Origin: Pachysolen tannophilus NRRL Y-2460
Lineage: Eukaryota
Direction of reading: 5' to 3'
Assembly (NCBI GenBank): GCA_001661245.1
Contig: KV454016.1
Coordinates: 606,648-670,647, forward strand
Length of the DNA: 64,000 nt
Under the pieces are notes generated by a model. It did not search any database. It was not told the DNA's origin and worked only from the letters and a program-made list of their open reading frames with translations. Made by a program: the position numbers and the translations under genes. The stretch's first letter is position 1. The number at the start of each line of letters is the position of its first letter. Positions 55,717 through 64,000 of this stretch are shown here, in pieces.

Positions 55717-58700
55717 ATGACTTCACTTTCTCATGATATTTCAAAGCTAACGTTGAATAACAACTTTAGTTCATCTTCTTTCCAAAATGTTAGTTCTGAA
55801 GATTTGAAAACATCAGGTTATAAATCAAAACCTTTTAGTGGTAGATCAAAACAATTGGAACTGGTTATGGATCAAATTGATTCTGCTGGATTTATTCCTG
55901 AGAATTTGATTGAAAGAGAAACAAAATGGTTTTATAATTCATTGGGTATTGATGATGTTTATTTTGGAAGAGAAACTGTTGATGGTATAGTTTCTCATAT
56001 TCATGCCTTATATTCTGCAAAATTAGATGCATATTCTAGAGGTGTTTTTGATAAACCTTTTTTACATCATAAAAGAGAAGGCGAAGATCATGCAGTATAT
56101 TTTGAAACTTCAAATTATAATGATATTTCAAATGAAACTCATGAACAAAGAATTGATGATAGGTATTTGGATAATAACAATTTAGATACAAAATATAGAG
56201 TTGAATCTTTTACTTCACCTTTAATTTTTGGTAGTAATAAAAATTCAAATGATATTAATATTAGATGTCATTTTGTTTATAAAAATTCTTTTGCAAAAGA
56301 TAAAGTTGATTGGACTACAACAGATTTATCATTAATAGGTGATAGTACTTTTTTAGAAATCACATCCGATCATACAAAGAAACTTTATGGTGAAGTTATT
56401 GGTGAAGCAGTCAAGACAACAGGCCCAGTTATTAAACATTTCTCTATTGCGCATAGTAATGAAAGTAGGGTTATTATCGGTTATAGAACTAAAACTTCCC
56501 CACGCTATAATTCTGCTTTAACAACTTTATGCGATTTTTATAAATTAATCATTAATCGTAAATATGTTGAAAATTTCGCAAATGGTGTAACTGTGATTTC
56601 AATGTATATCTCTCAACGTGATCATACAGATGCAAGTGATTTATCAATTTATCAAGTTATTAAAGAAGCTTCATTATTATATTCTATTCCAAATAATTTT
56701 TTCCAAGATCAATTTGTTAAAAGTGAATTATCTTTACAAGAATGTATTTACGCACATTGTGGTTCAATCTTTGTTACTCATTTTCTTAATAGATTGGGTC
56801 CTGAATATAACTCATTATTATCTTTATTAGACCCATCAAAATCTATTGCTCATGCAGAAGTCTTGGCAAAATTAAGAGAAAGATTAAGATCAGAAACTTT
56901 TACTCAATCTTATATCTTGGAAATCTTAAAATCTCAAAAAAATATTGTTCAACAATTATATCGTCAATTTGCTGATATTCATTACATTCAATCAAGTATT
57001 GAAAAAACTTTATCATATCAAAGATTGACCCAAATTCCTCCAATTGAAAATGATGAAGATTTTGAAAATATCTTAAATCGTAGTTATCCACAAAATGAAC
57101 ATCATTCTTTAGTATTAAGAGCTTTATATACTTTTAATAAGGCAATATTGAAAACTAATTTCTTTACACCAACTAAAGTTGCAATTTCTTTTAGATTAAA
57201 TGCAAATTTTTTACCAAGAACTGAATATCCAGAGACTCCATTTGGTATGTTTTTCGTTGTTGGATCCGAATTTAGAGGTTTCCATATAAGATTTAGAGAT
57301 ATAGCGAGGGGTGGTATAAGAATTGTTAAATCAAGATCTTTAGATGCTTACGCAACGAATTTAAGAAATTTGTTTGATGAAAATTATAACTTGGCTAGTA
57401 CACAGCAACGTAAAAATAAAGATATTCCAGAAGGTGGTTCTAAAGGTGTTATCTTGTTGAATCCAGGTGTAGCCCAAGATAATCCAAAAGATTCTTTTGT
57501 CAAGTATATTGATTCTTTAATTGATTTGTTAATCGATAACAGGATCCTGGGAGTTAAAGAACCTATAGTTGATTTATATAAAAAACCAGAAATTTTATTT
57601 ATGGGACCAGATGAAAACACAGCAGGTTTTGTTGACTGGGCAACATTACATGCTCGTCAAAGAGGTGCTCCTTGGTGGAAATCATTTTTCACTGGGAAGC
57701 AACTTGGTGGTATTCCACATGATGAATACGGTATGACTTCTTTATCAGTTAGAGCTTATGTTGAGAAAATTTATGAAAAATTTAATATTTCAGACAAGCA
57801 AATCACAAAATTCCAAACTGGTGGTCCAGATGGTGATTTAGGTTCAAATGAAATTTTATTATCAAAAGGAGAGAATTATTATGCCATTGTTGATGGTTCA
57901 GGTGTAATTGTTGATGAAAACGGTATTGATAAAAATGAATTAATAAAATTGGCTGAATCAAGAAAGATGATTTCATTCTTTGATAAAAAAAAATTATCTC
58001 CAAAAGGATATATTGTTTTAGTTGATGATACGGATATAAGGTTACCTAATGGTCATATTGTCATTAATGGTACAAATTTTAGAAATACCTTCCATTTAAA
58101 GATTAAAGAAATTTTTGGACCTGATAAAATTAAGTTATTTGTACCTTGTGGTGGTAGACCAAATGCTATTGATACCAATACTGTTCATGATTGGATTGAT
58201 GAAAAAACGGGCAAGTGTATAATTCCTTATATTGTTGAAGGTGCTAACTTATTTATTACACAATCAGCAAAATTAATTTTGGAAAAAGCTGGAGCTCTAA
58301 TTATTAAAGATGCTTCTGCTAATAAAGGGGGTGTTACATCTTCTTCTTTGGAAGTCTTGGCTTCCTTATCCTTTAACGATGAAGAATTCTATAGTAATAT
58401 GTGCCTTGTTGATGGTAAGAGACCAGATTTTTACAAACAGTACGTTAAAGAAGTTCAGAAAATTATTGTCAAGAATGCTAGAATGGAGTTTGATGCTTTG
58501 TGGGTATTAAGGGAAACAACCAATAAACCATTGGCTGTTCTATCAAATGAACTCTCTGTTGCTATTAACAAATTGGGAGACGAATTAGCAGCTTCAAAAG
58601 AATTATGGGAAGACGAATTGTTCAAAAATAAAGTCTTAAAGTCAGCATTACCTGAATTACTCTTAAATAAACTAGGATACGAAACTATTATCCAAAGGGT

Positions 58701-58818
58701 TCCAGAACCTTACTTGAAGGCAATATTTGCTACAAAATTGGCTTCAAGTTTCATTTATACTAATGGAATGGATGCCAATCCAGCTACTTTTATTTCTTTC
58801 TACAAAAATTTTAAATAA
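55717..58818 (+). CDS. GDH2: NAD-specific glutamate dehydrogenase, 1033 aa
   Basis: FRGFHIRFRDIARGGIRIV, TQQRKNKDIPEGGSKG, GPDENTA, QTGGPDGDLGSNE, EGANLF, DASANKGGVTSSS. Confidence 0.97.
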   Translation: MTSLSHDISKLTLNNNFSSSSFQNVSSEDLKTSGYKSKPFSGRSKQLELVMDQIDSAGFIPENLIERETKWFYNSLGIDDVYFGRETVDGIVSHIHALYSAKLDAYSRGVFDKPFLHHKREGEDHAVYFETSNYNDISNETHEQRIDDRYLDNNNLDTKYRVESFTSPLIFGSNKNSNDINIRCHFVYKNSFAKDKVDWTTTDLSLIGDSTFLEITSDHTKKLYGEVIGEAVKTTGPVIKHFSIAHSNESRVIIGYRTKTSPRYNSALTTLCDFYKLIINRKYVENFANGVTVISMYISQRDHTDASDLSIYQVIKEASLLYSIPNNFFQDQFVKSELSLQECIYAHCGSIFVTHFLNRLGPEYNSLLSLLDPSKSIAHAEVLAKLRERLRSETFTQSYILEILKSQKNIVQQLYRQFADIHYIQSSIEKTLSYQRLTQIPPIENDEDFENILNRSYPQNEHHSLVLRALYTFNKAILKTNFFTPTKVAISFRLNANFLPRTEYPETPFGMFFVVGSEFRGFHIRFRDIARGGIRIVKSRSLDAYATNLRNLFDENYNLASTQQRKNKDIPEGGSKGVILLNPGVAQDNPKDSFVKYIDSLIDLLIDNRILGVKEPIVDLYKKPEILFMGPDENTAGFVDWATLHARQRGAPWWKSFFTGKQLGGIPHDEYGMTSLSVRAYVEKIYEKFNISDKQITKFQTGGPDGDLGSNEILLSKGENYYAIVDGSGVIVDENGIDKNELIKLAESRKMISFFDKKKLSPKGYIVLVDDTDIRLPNGHIVINGTNFRNTFHLKIKEIFGPDKIKLFVPCGGRPNAIDTNTVHDWIDEKTGKCIIPYIVEGANLFITQSAKLILEKAGALIIKDASANKGGVTSSSLEVLASLSFNDEEFYSNMCLVDGKRPDFYKQYVKEVQKIIVKNARMEFDALWVLRETTNKPLAVLSNELSVAINKLGDELAASKELWEDELFKNKVLKSALPELLLNKLGYETIIQRVPEPYLKAIFATKLASSFIYTNGMDANPATFISFYKNFK

Positions 58819-59126
58819 TTTCTTATGAATTGCTTGGTTTTTTTCTTTTCTTTTTTTTTCATATATACAGAGGTCATAATTAAAGTCTAATTGAGTTGGA
58901 TTTTAGTTAAAAAAAATAAAAAATGAATAAATAAATAAATACATTACTGTGTGCTTTCGTTATTTCTTTTTCGTTTGATAAATAAAAGTTTAAAGTATTA
59001 TCAAGTCTAAGTTTCTACACAATATGAAATAAATAAGTTAATAAATAATTGAATAAATAAAAGAATCATAAAGTATTAGTATAAATCCGCCTGTGTAAAT
59101 TGCCATTGAACTAGGATTCTTATTTT

Positions 59127-59408
59127 TTATTTTACTCTTTTTAAAGCTGAAGTTTCAATGTCAACTTCTTTTTGAGCTTCCTGATTTAATCTCGATCTTT
59201 CATATATGTCACTAGAAATTTTATCTCCAAAATAGCAAACTAATATTGTGGATAAACCAAGGTATAATTTCAAACTCAAAGATAAGTTTTTATATCTTGT
59301 CCATATTTTGGAAATAGGATTTTCTATCAAATCACTTGAAACTGTCTTATTCCCTGAAGATGGTTTAAAATGGGGAGCCTTATATAAATTTATCATGGAT
59401 GGATTCAT
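59127..59408 (-). CDS. Small single-pass membrane protein of unknown function, 93 aa
   Basis: ATG-started ORF with one hydrophobic segment (LYLGLSTILVCYFG) and a charged tail; AT-rich flanks. Confidence 0.6.
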   Translation of the reverse strand: MNPSMINLYKAPHFKPSSGNKTVSSDLIENPISKIWTRYKNLSLSLKLYLGLSTILVCYFGDKISSDIYERSRLNQEAQKEVDIETSALKRVK

Positions 59409-60037
59409 GGTTATAGTTTTTAAATTGAATTGTAGTTGTAAATGAAGGTATTTTGTATAGTAACTAAAGCTAACCTCTTCATATGACTAGTCAAATGTTT
59501 TGGTGATTAATCACACTACAATCCAATCCAACTAAATAAAATCTCAAGTTAAAATTAAATTAATTGGTATATTCAAAGAACAAAAATGAAAAAAACAGAA
59601 TAAAAAAACTAGTTCTAAAGTAGCCATGAAACCAAAAGGCTTATTTCTTTCTTTCTTTGCTTACACATTTCTGTTGTAGCAAAGAAAGTGTTTTTATACA
59701 AAATTTCCTTTTTATCTTGTGTAATAAAAAAAAAGATCTAAAAAGACAAAGAAAACAGATTAGAATAGACAGAATAACAAGAAGCAAAATAACAGAACTG
59801 TAGATGCATGCATAACGAAAGGATATGAACCCAAAGAAAAAGGAAACAAAAAGGAAAAAAAAAAAAGAAGAAAAAGAAAAGGAAAAAACGAAAAAAAAAT
59901 AAAAATAAAGAAAACGAGGAAAACAGTATTGATTTCCGCCTTCTCCAGCTAATAAAATCGGGAAAAGACAAAACAAAGTTAAAAAATGTAATGAAAAGGT
60001 TTATGATTGCTTTTTTTTTTTCTTCTTCTTCTTCTTC

Positions 60038-61045
60038 TTATAAAACAGGATCCATAATATTTTTTCCTTCAGCTTTTATTTTCTTTGCCCATTGTCTTGC
60101 TAATATACTTACTTTAAAAAATTTTTTTGAAGCATATTTTTTAAAAAATTCTTCATGAATAATTGGACTAACAAGATAATCTATAATCATCTCACAACAT
60201 TGTTTCATATCTTCTTCCCTATATCCTCCACTATAATGTATCAAGTTACCATTCCAATCAAATCTACCCAACATTTTTCTTGAAATATACATTGCTGAAG
60301 CTGAACATAATGAGGGTAAAATTCCAATAAATTTATAATCTATTATAGAAATTTCTAATAAATATTTACCAATAGTTCTTGATTGTATATCATAATCATC
60401 AGCTTTTGAAATTCTTCTTAAAAAATTCATAGGATTTGGATAACTCATATTAAAATCGAGTATTTCTAATATAAATTTTTCAGCATTTAAAATATCATCT
60501 TCAGTAAAACCACCATCTGTAACATAAGCATAATTTCTTATAGAAGGAGAATAAACTTCTTCATATTTAGCAGCAATAAACAACGATCCTGTCGCCAATA
60601 ATTGCAATTTGTCAACTTGAACAATTTCCTTTGACATAAATCTATCCATTATATTTATTGCTAAAAATAAAGTTTCTGGTAATAATCTAAACCTCATATG
60701 AACTTCAACCATCCAATCAACTAAAATTGATCTCATTTTTGGTTTTAAATTTTTTTGCCATGTTAAATAATTTGGATCTGGTAAAGTTATCTTTTCTAAA
60801 CGATTTAAATATTGGAAAATTTCAATTACATATTCACTAACCATTAAAGGATCATCAATATCTTCTTCATCTAAATCTTCCCATACATAATCAATTTTAG
60901 GTTTCTTGTTTTCTTGATAATTACCCAGTTCAATTAAATTAGTACTCGATTCAGTAGCACTTCTTTTCAAAGACAGTCTTCTTGGTTCTTCCTTTGCAGG
61001 AGTCAACTGGATCAATTGGACACCACCATTATTTATATTAATATT

Positions 61046-61080
<35 letters not shown>

Positions 61081-61543
61081 TTTCATTATTATTTTCTTTA
61101 TCTTCTAATCTGTCAATTTCATCTCTTTCTATTATTTGGTTATCTCTCTTTATTGGTATTTCGCTATGTTGAAGAGACTTTCTTATAGGTTTAGTATTAT
61201 TGCTAATATTAGATGGTCGCCTATTATCCTTTTTGTTCAATTTTGAATACTGAGATTGTGCTTGTTGTAAATGTTGTTGTTGTTTCGAAGAAGACGCTGT
61301 TATTACACTGGAAGTCACCGTGTTTGATCTATCACCTAAAACAGCTCTTGTTCTATCTTGAATTACCACCGATTGTTGTGTCTTTGATCTTGTAATACGA
61401 CCATTGTTATTATTTTCATCCACTGGAAGTGAATTACGTGAATTTGTAGTCTGAAAAAAAAGTAAAAACACGGTTTGTTAGTATTCAAATTAACACATTT
61501 TCCAATATTTTTTTTTTATAAACAATAAACTTACCTGAGGCAT
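60038..61543 (-). CDS. CLB2: Mitotic B-type cyclin, 473 aa; exons 61535-61543 (MPQ) and 60038-61450
   Basis: Intron 61451-61534 (GTAAGT...TACTAAC...CAG); D-box RAVLGDRSN; cyclin box MRSILVDW, FIAAKYEE; NPMNFLRRISKADDYD. Confidence 0.9.
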
Positions 61544-62636
61544 TGTATACTATACCATAAAAATTCAATCAAATTGGAGAAAAAAAAAGTAATAATAATA
61601 TTAATAATAATAAAGAAGTAAAAAAAATAAAAGGAAAAACAATAGAAACTAAACCTTCTGCTCTTGTAAATAGATAGTGAATGTAAATAATAGTAAAATT
61701 TTAATAGAATATTTTTCTGAAAATTGATAATAATATATATAGCTAATAAACAGATTCACAACAAGTAGCTAAATTATTTTTTTTTTTTTTTATTTTATTT
61801 TATTTTAAAAATAAAAAATGTGATTAATATTTCATAAATACTACCAATATTTATCACTATTATAGCTTTTACTTTTTTTTTTTCTTAAAAATAAAAATAT
61901 TTAAAAAAAAATAAGAGTAATATTAAATAAACTATAATATATTATTATTATTCATTGAATTATATGAATTAGACTAATTGTTTTTGTTTAACTCCAAAAA
62001 GTTTTTCTCCTTTTGTTTAAACCGTTTTTCACAAACACGAAAAAAAACTAAAAAGAAAAATAAAAAAAATTAAAAAATTTAAAAAAAAAATGAAAAAAAT
62101 CATCCATACATTTTACAAATTAGGAAATACCAAAACAAAAGAGATAAAGTGAGCTGTAAAATGAATTATAAATGCGCTGGATAAGTGCACGTGTGTTAGC
62201 GCTTAATGCGCAAAAGTGCGTAAAGTGCGCATTAAGCGCACTGTGCAATTCTAATTTTAAAAGCGTATCATTAAGTGCACTATTTGATGCGCTTTACTAG
62301 GTAGTTGCTCAAGAGCGTATTTTTTTTTTTTTTGGTCCTTGGGGGTTCATAACCTTTTGTTCCAATACTCTTAGTTCATCTTAAACAACTATCGAATATC
62401 ATTTCATTAAGGAAAGTAGACTAAAAAAGACTAAATTTAAGACTATAAAACGTTAAAAAAAATTCCTACAGTTTCAATGACGGGAACAGCATAAAAATGA
62501 AAATAATAAAAAAAAAAAAAAACAAAAAGACATTTGGAAAAAAATATCCTTTAAAAGAAAAAGATTCTTAAATTTTCCTTTTGTAAATTTTTTTTTTTTT
62601 TCAATTTTTATAGATCATGTCATTGTAAAAACTTAA

Positions 62637-64000
62637 TTATATCTTTGGGGAACCTGGATTAGTCAAGACCTTCTTTGGTCTAGTGATTGGCCACTGGTAT
62701 ACATCATCGGATTCAAAAACATATCCATGTTTTTGTAAGAAAGCACTTAAATTTTTTGGACCTCTTGAACCATATGGATATTTCTCTGGGACTGGTGCAT
62801 TGTCACTTTCTAAGTAATTCAATAATGGTGTGAATAATGCCCATGAAACTTCCAATTCATCACTTCTAACGAAATTAGAATGATTACTATGTAATACATC
62901 CATGATTAAAGATTCATAAGCTTCTGGTAAATAAAAATCTTTATAACGATTACTATAAGTCAAATCCAATTCAGTTAAAGTAGTAGAAGTACTAACACCT
63001 GGTAATTTGGCATTAAGTTTCATATAAATTGCTTCATTTGGTTGAACTCTAATAACCAATTCATTTCTACTAATATTATGAAACATACCACTAGGAACCA
63101 GTTTAAATTGAATACGTATTTCTACTTTACCCTCATTTAAAGCTTTACCAGCTCTCAAGACAATTGGAACACCAGACCATCTTTCATTTTCAATTTCACA
63201 ACCAATGGCAGCATAAGTTACACATTTGGAATTAGGATTAACAGTTTCATCATCAACATATGCTGGTTTAGAACCATCTTCTGATTTTGTATATTGACCA
63301 ACCAAGATATCTTGATTATTTAATGGTTTAAAAGCTTTTAAAACTTTAACTTTTTCATCTCTAATATCTTCAGCATCAAAACTAACAGGTCTTTCCATAG
63401 TTAATATTGTTAAAACTTGTAACAAATGATTTTGCATAACATCACGAATTATACCAATATCATCAAAATATTGACCTCTACCTTCAGTACCAAATGGTTC
63501 TTTAAAAGAAATTTGTACTGAACTAATATGATCTTTATTCCATTGAGAATTTAAAAATTCATTACCAAATCTTAAAACTAATAAATTCTTAACCATATCT
63601 TTACCTAAATAATGGTCAATTCTAAATAATTCCTCCTCTTTCCATATTGGAGCTAATGATTGTGTCAAAGCTTTTGCAGATTCTAAATCATGACCAAATG
63701 GTTTCTCAATAACAATTCTAGCCAAACCTTTTGATTCTGGATGAACATTTTTTTTCAAATTTGTTGCAACAACAGTGAATACTGAAGGTGGTAAAGCCAA
63801 ATAAAATAATCTATGAGATTCTTTAACATTTCTTGAAGTTTCAAATTTTTCAATTTGATTTCTTAATTCAATGTATCCATCATCTTTATCATAAGGTGCA
63901 GAAACATAAGAACATAATTCTAAAAATTTTGAACATTTTTCCTTATCCAGTTCATTTGGTAATTTAAAATAACCTGATATTCTTTCTTTAAATTGAGAAT
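62637..64000 (-). CDS. ZWF1: Glucose-6-phosphate dehydrogenase, 5' end beyond the window
   Basis: RLFYLALPPSVF, EKPFGHD, RIDHYLGK, FKEPFGTEGRG, IRDVMQNHLLQ. Confidence 0.97.
   Translation of the reverse strand, partial: SQFKERISGYFKLPNELDKEKCSKFLELCSYVSAPYDKDDGYIELRNQIEKFETSRNVKESHRLFYLALPPSVFTVVATNLKKNVHPESKGLARIVIEKPFGHDLESAKALTQSLAPIWKEEELFRIDHYLGKDMVKNLLVLRFGNEFLNSQWNKDHISSVQISFKEPFGTEGRGQYFDDIGIIRDVMQNHLLQVLTILTMERPVSFDAEDIRDEKVKVLKAFKPLNNQDILVGQYTKSEDGSKPAYVDDETVNPNSKCVTYAAIGCEIENERWSGVPIVLRAGKALNEGKVEIRIQFKLVPSGMFHNISRNELVIRVQPNEAIYMKLNAKLPGVSTSTTLTELDLTYSNRYKDFYLPEAYESLIMDVLHSNHSNFVRSDELEVSWALFTPLLNYLESDNAPVPEKYPYGSRGPKNLSAFLQKHGYVFESDDVYQWPITRPKKVLTNPGSPKI

Noticed and set aside
59641..59976. 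Hydrophobic ORFs downstream of CLB2
   Set aside because: Derived from the T-rich 3' region

Overview
AT-rich, intron-containing budding-yeast (Saccharomycotina) nuclear DNA with about 23 protein genes, one tRNA-Ser(AGA) gene and one assembly gap. Gene order: ARX1, tRNA-Ser, SLO1-like, a spliced orphan, ARP10-like, a strand-split CCHC zinc-knuckle (GIS2/CNBP-like) locus, DMC1, TMS1, BUR6, FGGY kinase, RAX2, RPC40, DUF1746 (GLD1/VLD1-like), UTP22, TFC3, MRPL9, MRPL6, RNase II-like, PTH2, SPF31-like J-protein, Zn2Cys6 factor, ATG2, gap, GDH2, a small membrane ORF, CLB2-like cyclin and ZWF1 (5'-truncated). Highlights: (1) A zinc-knuckle gene appears cut inside its first knuckle. ...KKTCYKC ends a + strand ORF at 10742 and GNLGHYAENC... 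continues on the - strand from 11834. One inversion of 10739-11834 restores an intact 469-aa frame. (2) CTG codons behave like alanine, suggesting the CUG-Ala code (Pachysolen-like; species identity is inference). (3) DMC1 has eight introns, reconstructed in frame by hand. (4) The RNase II-like protein lacks the catalytic aspartate motif. Gene names come from recalled family motifs, not database searches.
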